A stretch of 63,413 bases of DNA, the filler included, from Aduncisulcus paluster (Eukaryota), in assembly GCA_024181965.1 (NCBI GenBank). It is 8 parts of 8 records of this genome, joined end to end, with 100 filler letters (N's around TTAATTAATTAA, not from the genome) between each part and the next. Parts side by side here need not be neighbours in the genome. Positions count along the whole stretch, not along the records: positions 10,917 to 38,183 come from BQXS01011333.1; positions 38,284 to 46,545 come from BQXS01011334.1; positions 46,646 to 51,102 come from BQXS01011336.1; 5 more parts are not named here. The stretch is one strand, 5' to 3'. The notes below the pieces were generated by a model. That model saw only the letters and a program-made list of their open reading frames with translations. It was not told the origin of the DNA and did not search any database. Made by a program: the position numbers and the translations under genes. Below, piece by piece: positions 34,939 to 47,506 of this stretch; position 1 is the stretch's first letter; each line of letters opens with the position of its first letter.

Positions 34939-36367
34939 TTACTTTGCATTGCTATTCAAGCCTTGTTGCTTATGGAGAGCTGCAGTAAGTACCCCACTTC
35001 TAGCATAAGCTAATTTCATATCCATTTCTTGAATTTCTTTCTTTAACGATGATAAAGCTGCTTTGGCTTCAACCAAAGGCTTTGCATCTCTCATAATTGT
35101 TCCTACTTTTTCAATTTGCGCCTTAACATCATCCACCTCGTCTTGGACTTCAGATGTCTGTTTCCGAAGATCTGAGACCTTCTTTATAGCTTCTTCTCTC
35201 TGAGTATGGACTGTGGCATTCTTTTTACGAGTATCTCTGAGACTTGAAATAAGATCTGATGATGTTGAGTTGAGATGCTGTTCCCTAGTAGAGACTTTCT
35301 CCAGCTGCATTGTTAATTCGCTGCTCAATGATGTGATTGGGGGTAGTACATCTTGCATGGGAGAGGTGGCGGTAACTTGAGCTTCCTGAAGTATAGTGGT
35401 TTTCTCTTCCCAATTATCTGTGTGGGAAGTAATTCTTACACGTAAATTCGATACAACACGATGAATTTCAGAGGAAATATCGCCATCCCTGGCAGTAGAC
35501 ATCGAAAGGGGGAGAGGGAGGGAGGAGGAGGATGCTGCCGATAAATCTCCGGATTTTTGTCCAATTTGATGGGGTTGTTGGGTTGAAAAATCATCAATTT
35601 CATCAAACTCTGAGATTTCATCNNNNNNNNNNNNNNNNNNNNCTTACACGTAAATTCGATACAACACGATGAATTTCAGAGGAAATATCGCCATCCCTGG
35701 CAGTAGACATCGAAAGGGGGAGAGGGAGGGAGGAGGAGGATGCTGCCGATAAATCTCCGGATTTTTGTCCAATTTGATGGGGTTGTTGGGTTGAAAAATC
35801 ATCAATTTCATCAAACTCTGAGATTTCATCTTCAATATCTTCTCCCGAATCTTCTCCTCTGTCTTCTTCCATTTCACTCCAATCGGGTCTTGTAGGTCTT
35901 ATTTCATGAGATTTAATGGCTGCATCGGCAAGAATTTCAAGAACTTTTATAACAACGTCACCATATCCTGGTTTTAGTTTGCTTTGTTGTATCTCATCGG
36001 AATTCAAATTTAAATTATCTAATTCTACAATAATATCAGCAACCATTGCTGAAGGGTCATCAAATCTTCCTGGAGCTGATACATCTGGATTTCCTAGGAG
36101 CTGAAATAACCAACAACAGAGACTGGCAAAATAATGAAGTTGTTCACCTGATTGAGCAGCAGGAGTTAAAAAATATGACGGAGTTATCTGTGGTAATTCG
36201 CTATAATGACCAAAAATATTAATAAATTCAAAGGAAAGTTAAAAACCAATCTGATAAAGTGAAACGGGGCAAAACTAATATAAAACATACAATCTCTGAA
36301 TAAAATCTGTTTCATAGCCAAGCATCTGCAATTTGCAGAAAGTAATATAAATCGATCCTGATGGCAT
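34939..36367 (-). CDS. IFT57: Intraflagellar transport protein 57 (HIPPI); intron 36290-36201, gap duplication near 35630
   Basis: MPSGSIYITFCKLQMLGYETDF...^...GEQLHYFASLCCWLF...FDDPSAMVADI...SKLKPGYGDVV; C-terminal coiled coil LEKVSTREQHLN...DAKPLVEAKAAL...EIQEMD; GTATGT...TAG intron restores the frame. Confidence 0.85.
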
Positions 36368-36595
36368 AATATGATATTGTACAAAACTGCGTCATGTTGT
36401 GACTCATAAGAGAGGATCAAAAAATATATTCAAAATGAGTTTAAATGCATATTTTGTAATAAATGATATTCATAACAAGGATATTTTTTCTAAATTTACC
36501 GAGTTACACGATGGCAGCGCTATCTCATGAAATGATCAATAAATAAAGAAAATTAACGTATATTTATATTTAAATTAAATTATTTATTCCAATTT

Positions 36596-37549
36596 ATGCA
36601 AATAATGAAACATCACTATTCAGACGGTCACGCGACCCCAGTTTCGTCGTTAAATACTAAAATGCAAAGATTAGTTGAAATTGGAAGCGTGAGAAGACGT
36701 TGGATACAGACATTAGAGGCTGCACTTGATGCCGATAAGTGGGGACAAATCCTTGAAGCCCAAGAGGAGTATAAATTGTTGGAAAGGCTTATTTCCAAGC
36801 GTGTGAAGACATGGAGATTATCATTACGGTTGCAATCGCCATTAAAAAAGGTTTGTATCGTACTCATGTTAAGAATTTCTGTTTTAGAAGGTGAAAGTGA
36901 CGTTGATATCTCAATTAGACATATTAAAATGTTGTTACCTGTATTAAAGGTTGCTTTTGAGCCTGAACAACCACCCTTTCCAATTAATCTTAAACAATAT
37001 GCAAAGCAAATCGCAGCGTTGGGCACTGATTTTTCGTCTGATGCTCCTGGCGAGTCTTCTGCACCCTTCGATGGTAAAATAATGAAAAGTGGAACTTTAT
37101 TGCCTCCTCCTCCGCCTCGTGTTGATGGTGGTGTTCATATGACCTTTAGAATCCTGAAGATGGTTCTTCCCGATGCAGAGAAATTCCACTCCCCACACAT
37201 AACAGTTACTGTTGTTGATCCACAAGGAAAAGAGGTTGAGACTCCACAAACAACACCTCCAGCCGATAGAAGAGAGCGAGGTATTGTCCATTTTGATAAT
37301 GTGTGTCACATCCAGACTCCTGTAAACCATCTTCTGGATGGAACCACTGTATTCTTCGAGTTTAAGCATTTTAAAATTGATAGGGGAAGGGAAAGTGTCA
37401 AGTGTTATGCCCTGTATCAGCTTCATGAAGTCAGAGAAGGAGAACTTTCCTTGCCGGTCTATAAAAAGCCAACTGACTTTACTCAAAAGAAATTAAAGCC
37501 ATATACAGCAGCAACAATGACCATATCGGTCGGATTAACCATGGAATAA
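36596..37549 (+). CDS. AIDA: Axin interactor dorsalization-associated protein (AIDA N-terminal domain + AIDA-type C2 domain)
   Basis: ADKWGQILEAQEEY, and C2 motifs PHITVTVVD...VETPQTTP, FFEFKHFK...SVKCYA, LPVYKKPTDF. Confidence 0.85.
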   Translation: MQIMKHHYSDGHATPVSSLNTKMQRLVEIGSVRRRWIQTLEAALDADKWGQILEAQEEYKLLERLISKRVKTWRLSLRLQSPLKKVCIVLMLRISVLEGESDVDISIRHIKMLLPVLKVAFEPEQPPFPINLKQYAKQIAALGTDFSSDAPGESSAPFDGKIMKSGTLLPPPPPRVDGGVHMTFRILKMVLPDAEKFHSPHITVTVVDPQGKEVETPQTTPPADRRERGIVHFDNVCHIQTPVNHLLDGTTVFFEFKHFKIDRGRESVKCYALYQLHEVREGELSLPVYKKPTDFTQKKLKPYTAATMTISVGLTME

Positions 37550-38499
37550 GGATAATTTATATATATATATCTTATCCCAATATTGGTCATTAAATTATTC
37601 ACATAATCCGATTCATATCGATATAATATTGTTGATCATATTTAGATCTCTTCACGGTTCCATCCCTCTTTCATTCTCACTCTGTTCCAAATATAGCCCC
37701 TTCCCATTTCCCCCCCTTCTTCTTTCTTCCATGGACCATGACCATTATTGTGCTTGTCATCTGATGTGTCTGTGTCTGTGGATCGTTTCTGATGTGAAAT
37801 TGTTGACGAATGAGTCCAATGTTGATTGCTTTGAAAGGCCCACGAGGATGTCACTGGGCTCAAAGTGCTCAAGAGATCGAGACAACGAGAGTGGGAGAGG
37901 CAGAGGGACAGGGCGAATGTGAACTTTGGAAGTTAACAGCTTTATTCGTGTTGAGTGGCTCAGTTGTTGAGTCAATAATATTCAGCGTGACGTGGAAGAC
38001 CTGTATCGACCTTAGAAAGTGTCAGTTTGTAATGATGAGTAATAAAAATATCGTTTTAGAATGACTTTGAATGAATCTAAAAATAGATTTCTAAAAATAA
38101 ATGTGAGATGTCGATTGATTGATTGAAATGTAGATCTATATAAATATGTTAATGTTGACAGATCTTGAGCAGAGTCTTCCAATNNNNNNNNNNNNNNNNN
38201 NNNNNNNNNNNNNNNNNNNNNNNNNNNTTAATTAATTAANNNNNNNNNNNNNNNNNNNNNNNNNNNNNNNNNNNNNNNNNNNNAAAAGAAAGGCATAGCT
38301 TTGTGACATTTGATCCTGTACCTCCTTAAACAAACCAAATTAAATCGATTAAAACCGGTTTAATATTAGTTTAGGAAACAGACTTGCTATTCCAACAAAT
38401 ATTTATTCACAGGTATTGGAATGCCTTTCTCAAAGGCAAAGAAACTATATCATTGATTCAAATAAAAAAAAACACAATTAATTCCGGCCAAATAATATC

Positions 38500-40466
38500 T
38501 TATTTCTTCGAGCGTTTGTTTTTCCTCGATTTATCCTTCCGATCCTCACCAATTTCTTTTTCAACCGGATCAGAATGTCTTCTTTTCCCCGATGTCTTTT
38601 CTTTTTTCTCTTTCTTTCCTTTCTCCTTTTTCTCTTTCTTTTCTTTCCTCTTCTTCTTTCCTTTCTTTTTCTCTTCATGTTCCTCATCCTCTTCAAATTC
38701 ATCATCAACATCGTCACCAGCTGCCGGTTTGACTTGTCGTAGGTCAATTTCATCTGGAATATATACGTCATCATCATCCTCATCTGCATTATCTTCCTCA
38801 TCGTATCGCATCTCCTCTTCCTCTTCTTCGGGAGCACCCAACAGAACCTTGACTTTTTCCTTGGAAAATAGCATGGGAACAAATTCAAGACAGGACAGAG
38901 GTATTGTCTCACGTTTCTCTTCTTTTTGTCTTTCAAAAGCATTCTTAACAACCTCTACGACCTCTTCCAAGGTGAGTTCCTCTTTGGCGGTATCACCAAT
39001 GTTGAACTTTCTCAGCTCGACTCTCAACAAATCATGATCTAACCATGCAGGACAAGCAACACCATTACCGTCTTTGTCTTCAAGGAAAAACGACTCCTTT
39101 CCGCTGTTTTCAGGGTCAAGAAGGTCAAGGTAAGTCACTTCTTCAGGGGTGAGCATAGGGAACACCATATCTGCCATACCACCCATCATTTCTCTTGTTA
39201 ATGGCTGAATATCAACGGCAGATAAGACGGAAGTAATGAAATGCTTCTGCTTGGGACGGGTCTTAGTATCAGTGCAAACGACATAAGCAGCCGGATGCAT
39301 CATATCATTATACCTTGGAACAGAGAAGACAGTCCAGCAAGCATCTGTGTGGCACGTGAAGAATCCTTCGTCAATGCAACTATGAGAACGAATGAGACGC
39401 TTGACTCCATGAGCTTTTATCCATGATTGAGTTACATCCGCACCATACAGACATCCAGCATTCCTTTGAGTATTGAAGGTACAGCCTTTTCCATCGGGAG
39501 TAGGGTCAGACCAAATGATATCGGAGAGGGGATCTTGGCCCATCAAAGAGGGTTTCTCATCCCACGGGCAATCAACACTGGTGGGGTCACGGAAACGATC
39601 AATGCTGTCAAAAAAGGTTGGTGATGGAGTGCCCTTTGAGGGACATCCTCCGTGAAGAACTAAAGCTTGTTTGTGAACACGGCAAGCAAGGGGAAGAGAA
39701 TGGAAAAACTTAACGAATAATTGGAAAAGGTCCTCGGTTTTCTCCTCGGTTTCTTCATATTTGCGAACGAGTTCCCTAAAGAAAGTGTATTGACGGGCTA
39801 TATCTGTCGTTTCATGGTTCCCTCGTAACATATGGACGGTATTTGCACTCCTAATTTTAAACATAAGGAGACAGGCAATAATTTCGACACTGAAAGAACC
39901 CCGATCGACATAATCTCCATTGAAAAGATAAATGTTATTTTCAGATGGAAGTCCTTCGGCAGTAAATATTTTATCCAAAACTTCAAGAGTACCATGTAAA
40001 TCACCCACGATAGTAAGCTTTCCACGCGTTTTCTCAGATATAGAGGGGACTGAAATCTCAATCAAATTCTCACAGGCAGATAGCATTCTATGTCCAACGG
40101 TTAAAATGGCCCTAATCACATCCTGTGAAATAAGTTGCTTAATCTCAACAGAATACTTTTCTTCTTCACTTTCAACTCCATCATGCGTTGTAAAACACGA
40201 TTTTTTCATGTGTTTAATGACGTGATCATACAATTCTTCGGGATTAATGGCTATGGAATCGATATGGGGGAATATGATTAATAAATGCAAAAAATAAACA
40301 TAGAATTTAATAATCAAAACTATAAAAATAACATACCTTTGCATAAAAGGGTTCTAGCTTTAAATAAGGGCAAACTATCCCATTTGTGATCCAAAGCTTT
40401 CTTATCAGCATGGAATGAAACACTTGACTTCGAGGACTCCTTCTTTTTTGACGCGGCAGCGGGCAT
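38500..40466 (-). CDS. PPP-family Ser/Thr phosphatase (PP5/PPEF-like catalytic domain) with acidic and Lys-rich tail; intron 40336-40251
   Basis: GDLHG, FNGDYVDRG, LRGNHE, HGG, WSDP, RSH, TVFS; a GTATGT...TAG intron joins MPAAASK...LLCK to AINPEEL. Confidence 0.88.
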
Positions 40467-40680
40467 AGAGTAAGAATTTATCCTAAAATTTTCCCAAAGT
40501 GGCAAAAGCTATGTGAAGAATCCAAAATCAACCCTGCAACAAAGGATAAGGTGATAAAAGGAAATAATCGTGGGTTTTCGATATTTACTTTAATAATCTC
40601 ATTGAAAATTAAATTTAATTCATTGAAATGAGTCAGAAATATTTATTTTTGAAAAATATAAAATATTAATCGAAATGGAA

Positions 40681-41820
40681 TCAGAAACTATCTTCTTCTC
40701 TTTCAACTAAATATGTACTGCTTTCTCCATCTGCGGTGGTACTACTGCGTGATGAATGAGCTAAAGCGACCTTTTCAGCAGCCAACACTGCAGCTGTTGG
40801 AACACCTTCTTCGACGTCAGATTCTTTCATTTTATCCCTTTTCTTGTTCTTTTTCCCAAATTTCATTCTGCTGGCTATAATATCCTCATCTTCCTCAGAC
40901 TCACTATCTTTTCCTGTGGCGAGAGTAGAAGCAGGAGTATATGTAGTTCTTCTTGAATGATCCGTTAATCGCCTTCTTTCACCCACAAAAGATGAAGATG
41001 AGATATGCGATGGTCCCATTCGTCCCAATCCAATCTCTTGGGGAGGCACGGTTACTGTGTATGAATGGCTGTATTTTCTGATTTCAAATTGAACAAATCG
41101 TTTTAAACGAAGCATTAGGTCGACACAAAAATGAGATAAAATATTATTATGTCTGGCATTATCCAAAAATAGAGGTGTAACGGCAGTAGGAGAGTTTGCG
41201 AGAAGAGTTTCGGCATTATGGAAAGGAATTATTTGGTCTTTACGCCCATGAATGATCAAAACAGGCGTTGTTATCGTTTTGACCTTGTCAACATTTCTGA
41301 ACTGATCAAATAATAATGTAGATTTAACTTTAAAAACAACACGATAAGCTGAGGCCAAAGGAGATTGTAAAACAAGTCCAGCAACATTTTTATGTGTGAA
41401 TGCAATGTGGGTAGCAGCGACAGACCCGATACTCCTTCCATAACTAATAATAGATTCAGGGGGTATCTTTAACGTGTTTGTAGCATATCTATAAACAGCT
41501 AAAGCAGCCATACAAAGACTCTTATCACTCGGTTTTCCACTTGAGAGACCATATCCAGGGTAGTCATAAACAATTACATTACACTTCAATTCAATTGAGA
41601 GAAAAGTACTAACAGTACCTAATTGACCGATATCTTCGGCATTTCCATGAGAATAAATAATTGTGTAATTTACACCCGGTTTTAAAAGAGGTTTAACCGC
41701 AATTTGATAATCAGGATGTTTTTTATCACCTAATGGAATGAACACCAATCCATCGACATCATCTGGTTCATATGAACTTTTTACATCGGGAAATGCACAT
41801 GTTGAAACTATAGCACCCAT
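40681..41820 (-). CDS. Alpha/beta hydrolase, ABHD17-like depalmitoylase
   Basis: YSHGNAED, YDYPGYG, YGRSIG, IIHGRKDQII, RHNN; N-terminal MG...C lipidation signal. Confidence 0.88.
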   Translation of the reverse strand: MGAIVSTCAFPDVKSSYEPDDVDGLVFIPLGDKKHPDYQIAVKPLLKPGVNYTIIYSHGNAEDIGQLGTVSTFLSIELKCNVIVYDYPGYGLSSGKPSDKSLCMAALAVYRYATNTLKIPPESIISYGRSIGSVAATHIAFTHKNVAGLVLQSPLASAYRVVFKVKSTLLFDQFRNVDKVKTITTPVLIIHGRKDQIIPFHNAETLLANSPTAVTPLFLDNARHNNILSHFCVDLMLRLKRFVQFEIRKYSHSYTVTVPPQEIGLGRMGPSHISSSSFVGERRRLTDHSRRTTYTPASTLATGKDSESEEDEDIIASRMKFGKKNKKRDKMKESDVEEGVPTAAVLAAEKVALAHSSRSSTTADGESSTYLVEREEDSF

Positions 41821-42256
41821 TAATTTGACGTCGTTTTACAATGTATCTCTATCAGTTACAATCAAATGGAAGAGGGGCGGAATACGATAAACACTCCTCA
41901 AAGAAAAGTAGTAATGTCATCAAATATGGAGAGTACATAGAATATAACCATGATTACATATTTATTAATGATTGATTACAGCCGATTAATCATTAAAAAA
42001 AATCCTTGTCGTACTTGTTATTACAGAAATAAATCAGATTATGATCAATGTTATATAAATTTATAATGAATATTGAATACGTTACGAAGAATATATCCCC
42101 ACTATATGTCAGAAATCCAGAAATAAAAATTTGAAATTTTCCCTCGCCAGATTGAATGCAAATCAATAAATTCTTATGATATTTTTTCATTTTATTTTGT
42201 TTTATTATGATCTTATGCATTAATATTTCCTTTATTATCTTGAATTACCTCAGAAA

Positions 42257-45200
42257 ATGAAAGTTTCGATTTTCTTGACAATGAAACAGCGGGAGAAGCA
42301 GAAAAAGGTAACAAAGGAATCCCGCAGTGCTGATGCTGCAATAATATATAATACAGTCGCCATACAGGCAGAACAGGCAGAAAATTTCCTTCTAGCTGAA
42401 AAATTGCTTCATAAAGCTAGAATGTGTCTTTCAGATGATATTCCTTGGCGTCATGAAAAAAGTAGAAGGCAGGTATTAGGCCTAACATTCAGTAATATTG
42501 GTTGTTTACAAAGTAAGTTGGGAAATTATGCTCGAGCCCTTGAATTCCTTCAAAGAGCCTTAAAAATAGATAGAAAAGTAAGCGATACTGAAGAATTAGC
42601 GAGTACTCATCTCAATTTATGTTCAGTACTTTCTAAAATGGGAGATCATACACAAGCTGTTGCTCATGCCAAACATGCTGTTGAACTTCTTCAACATCAT
42701 CTTCCAAGTGATGCATATCTTTATCCAATTGCTCTTCATAATGCTGCAGTTGAATTGGAATTTTTGGAAAGACATGATCTTGCTCTTACATATTACCGAA
42801 AAGCTAAAACTGTTGCTTGCTCAATAGACAGCTCTTGTACAGATTCTCGGGTGAATATGATTTGTGATGCCTGTGAAAAGGCTGAAGAAACTGCCAGAGA
42901 GATCAAAAAACTTAAACTCAGCAAGAAGATAAAAACTGATTCCGATCCACATTCCAAGAAAAAATTCTTTTCGCCGCATCCTCCGTCAAAACCATCTGTA
43001 TCTGGAAGTCGAAAACGACCAGTCCGTCCCGCGTCTGCTACCATATATAGTCAAGCTCTCCCTCGTCCTCTCCCCGGCGCTTCTTTCCACTCTGTATCCC
43101 CTCAATACAAGGCTCGAGGAAATGTTCGTCCAAAGACAAGCAGTGGTTCTTTAGGCCGATCTCCTCCAAAACCTCATCAGCATACGAAAGAGGATGCCCC
43201 CCTCAGTCTTCCTCCTCATTCTGAACTTTCAGGTAATCCCTTCATGTCTAACCTCTATGATAAGACTTGTTCTCATTCAGTATCGAGACCTGCCCCTTCC
43301 ACTCCTCCTCACTCTGCTGGGACTGATGGCAAGGGTAGTCTCGAGGGAGAAGGGTACATGGTTGTCGTTGGCACACGGGGAAGGGGAGGGGACTCCAATA
43401 GGGGCGAAGGGGTTGGTGAAGTTCGTGATATCATTGAGTGTGGGACAGGATCACAACGACCAGCTACCTCTGGAATATCATACTCATCAAGATCAGCTCG
43501 TACCCATGTTGTTGATGATGTTTCTCAGCTTCAACGGGCAGCTTCGTCTCCATTTGTATCATACGTGCGTCCAAATACAACTGGAAGGATGGAACCTTTG
43601 TCTCCTCGTCGACTCTCTCATGTTCTAAAGACTTCTGTGAGAGAAGAAAGGGGATTGGGTTCACAAGGAAATGCTTCATATCTCACCAAGGAGGAGATAT
43701 CCACCCTCAGAGAGATTGAAGATATTCGTGCATCTGGGCAATCTGTCAATTCGGATTATCTCAAAGAGCTTCAAGAACAAGCCAGATTAATACACCACCT
43801 TAAAGGGACAATTCCATCTGGATCCAAGAGAACGCCAAAGAAGAAAGGAAAGAATAAGAGAAAAATGGCTCGGTCTTCAAGTACTGGGGTTGGCAGGCCC
43901 TCTTCAAGAACTGCTTTTGGGCAAACAGCCCCGACATTCCACTCAACCTTAAGGTCAAAGGTGAAGCGTAGTTCCAGTACTGGTCGTATGAATCGCCGTG
44001 CTTCAAAGATTCTGTCTCGACATGGGACTCTGCGGGAAGAGAAAGAGCGGGCAATGCTCGAGAAAGTCAAAAGAGAGAGAAGAAGTTCTTTGTTATCTAG
44101 TACGCACCAACGATCTCTGCAAACTATGCCTCATGCAACTCATGATCGCCCCACTATATATTCTGAGGTTGAGAACGATGCTATATCAAGCTGGAAACCA
44201 CGTGAAGATGAACCTATGGATGAAGCCGAGGTTCAAGTCCATTCAAGCCCGTTTTTATCAAATGAAGCGCCTGTGAAAGGAGTAAGAAGCCACATAACCC
44301 CTGCTGCTCTTCCTCCAAGATCTAGATCTGCCATTGGCTCCAGGCGCGAACATAAAATGACGAAACAAGAACAAAGGGAAGAAATGATCCATCAAAAGGC
44401 CTTGATAAGTCAGCGTAATGCCCATCAACTGAGTGATATTGGCTCCCCCGTCCATTCATATTCTGTTGGCGTAAACTCAAGATCCCGATTAATCGATAGG
44501 TATGGCCATAAGATTGGTGATTTACTAGAAGAGGACGAAATGATGTATGGTGTGATGCTGAATGAACAATTAGTTGGAGCTCCCGAGCCATATCCTCACG
44601 GGAATGAGCATGAACAAGTTGTACAATATTCGCATCTTTCCACAGAAGAACAAGAACAGATGGAACATGAGCAAGGAGAGGAAGATGAAAGGGAAGATAT
44701 TGATGTTGAAGGTGAAGGTTCTGCCAAACACGATGGAGACCAAGATCAACAAGATGTGTCAGGACAAAGTATAAGTAATGANNNNNNNNNNNNNNNNNNN
44801 NAGAAGAGGACGAAATGATGTATGGTGTGATGCTGAATGAACAATTAGTTGGAGCTCCCGAGCCATATCCTCACGGGAATGAGCATGAACAAGTTGTACA
44901 ATATTCGCATCTTTCCACAGAAGAACAAGAACAGATGGAACATGAGCAAGGAGAGGAAGATGAAAGGGAAGATATTGATGTTGAAGGTGAAGGTTCTGCC
45001 AAACACGATGGAGACCAAGATCAACAAGATGTGTCAGGACAAAGTATAAGTAATGATGTTATTGAAATCAAGTGCTCACTGACTTATCCGACTTCTCCTC
45101 CCACATCCCCTCCAAAGACAATTCATGGAACAGTTGAACAAAAACATATCCCTACTTCACCTAAAAATAGATTTCCAGTGGCTGTTGTTTCTAAAAATAG

Positions 45201-46545
45201 AGATTCTGAGAGTGATGAAGAAAGATATCCCAGGGAACATGTCATCAAGAAACCTGATCATATTTCTTCCTCTCCCCTCAAAGTAAGACATAACCATTCA
45301 TCATCCAAGAAATACCACCATGGTTCGAGAAGTTCAGAAGTGAAATTATTGAGAACTACTGGTGACACAAAGTCGAAACATTTACACAAATCTAAAGACA
45401 GAAGAAAGGAGAAAGAAAAAGAAGAAGGAAAAGTTGAGTGTGTCGAGCAAGAGGAAGAGGAGGAAGAGGAGGAAGAGGAAGGAGAGGAACAACACAGTGA
45501 GTCTTCCTCCTCTCCTTCATTTTCTCGTAGCTCTCAATCGGATCATTCACATTCTTCACAAGAGTATGAAGAATTTGTACAGCCAACTCAACAATCTCAT
45601 GGTGCGACTTTTAAACTTGTTATTGACGAGGAAGTCAGTATTCCAACTGTGAAGCTTGACAAATTTAACGACGAAGAAAAAAAGAGGAAGAAGAGGGAAG
45701 AGGAAGAAGAGAGAATTCGAAAAGAAGAAGAAGAGCGGGAAAAGAAAGAGAGAGAAGAGGAAAGGATTAGGGTTGAAGAAGAAGAGAGAGAGAAGGAAAG
45801 AGAAGTTCTCCAAAGTGGGATATGTGTTGAGTATGTTGATCACCACAATAGAGAAGACCTTGAATCCAAAGAAGTTGACAAAGAAAAAGAGGAAGAGGAA
45901 GAGGAAGAGGAAGAGGAAGAGGAAGGAGAAGGAGAGGAGGGGAAAAGAATGAAAAGGAATGAGAAACAGGCTCAAGCGGACATTGGAGGTCGTGTTGAGA
46001 TGAAATATGGAAGTGGAATATTCTCATTGCCTTCTTCGCTGAATTCTCCTATGCCAGCTTCTAGAGTTCCTCAACAGACAATCATCAAAGATTTTAGTAC
46101 CCGATCTCCTTCTTTTTCTCCTCGGTCCATTCGGGTATCTGATAATAATACTCCCATTCAAACACATATTACCACATCTTTTTCAACTCCTCTTCAACAC
46201 GAATTGCATGATACCTCTACCCAGCCAGAAGGCTCTGACAGAACAAAACCCCACAGGGATGATATCTCTTCTATTTCCACTTCTGTTGGTGGTGACAATC
46301 CTCATCCGTCGACTATATCCCTGAGAAGGAGTATATTCACAAGCCCTTTGACGAAAGAAGACATTGTGGCTCATCCACCTGCTTCGTCTCCACCTAAAAA
46401 TAGTACCTTGAGAAAGAACTTTGTTTCTAAGAATGCCAGTAGTGGTGTTATTCGAGATTCCGATTCTTCTCTCCCTCCAAGGCCAAAAATAGAACAAGGG
46501 ATGTCACCATCTGTGTCAACTCCGATTCGAAATGCCATGATGATG
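42257..46545 (+). CDS. TPR-repeat protein with long disordered C-terminus, 3'-partial
   Basis: TFSNIGCLQSKLGNYARALEFLQRAL, THLNLCSVLSKMGDHTQA, ALHNAAVELEFLE; continues across the gap (duplicated overlap) into ORF 44815. Confidence 0.75.
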
Positions 46546-46645
46546 NNNNNNNNNNNNNNNNNNNNNNNNNNNNNNNNNNNNNNNNNNNNTTAATTAATTA
46601 ANNNNNNNNNNNNNNNNNNNNNNNNNNNNNNNNNNNNNNNNNNNN

Positions 46646-47147
46646 TGTCATTCCCAAGAAGTTTTTGAGAACTGAAACCCGTACCCACCTTAACCCTTCT
46701 GGTCGTTTTGTTCTTGGCGGTCCCGAGGCCGATGCTGGACTCACTGGAAGAAAGATTATTGTTGATACCTATGGAGGACATGCCCCTCATGGTGGAGGTG
46801 CCTTCTCAGGAAAAGATTTTACTAAAGTTGATCGGAGTGCTGCTTATGCTCTTCGTTATATTGCCAAGAGTCTTGTTGCTGCTAAACTCTGCCACAGATG
46901 TTGCATTCAAGTATCGTATGGAATTGGAATTCCAAGGCCCACAAGCATATATGTCAATGATTTTGGAACCTCTACGTGTGGAAGAGAAGAATTGAAGAAG
47001 ATTGTCCTTGATAACTTTGACCTGAGACCTGGTATTATCGTGAAAGAACTTGGTTTAGACAGGCCAATCTATGCAAAGACTGCCAGTGGTGGTCACTTTG
47101 GTCGTTCTGAATTCCCATGGGAGAAGGTTAAAGAGCTTAAGTATTAA
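46646..47147 (+). CDS. metK: S-adenosylmethionine synthetase, C-terminal part (5'-truncated)
   Basis: [52 protein letters not shown]. Confidence 0.97.
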
Positions 47148-47506
47148 ATAAATTAGTAATCCGTGTCGCAAGAATGCTTTCATTGGGGGGATAAATCGAG
47201 ATACCCAGTAGATATATGTCCGCTATACATCGGATGGATTGGTCCGACCAGTGGTGGAGGGGTATGGTGAGTCTACACAACAACTACTCTCCAGAGTCTA
47301 CTCAGTATCAAGACAGTGCAACGATTGAAGGGATATACTCATCACATATCTATATTATTTTTCTAGACCTGCATACCAATCGCTCAAATCACTCATTACT
47401 GCAAAAAGCTTGAAGGTACGGAAGTGGGGAACAAACATGAATACTTGGTGCTTTATTGTAAAGCTCGAATTCTAATTTGGAAGAACAAAAGATTTTAAAA
47501 ATTGAA

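Noticed and set aside
47150-47450. Possible ncRNA or small ORF downstream of SAM synthetase
   Set aside because: Somewhat GC-richer than other intergenic DNA, but I found no snRNA, snoRNA or RNase P/MRP motif; an Infernal search would be needed.
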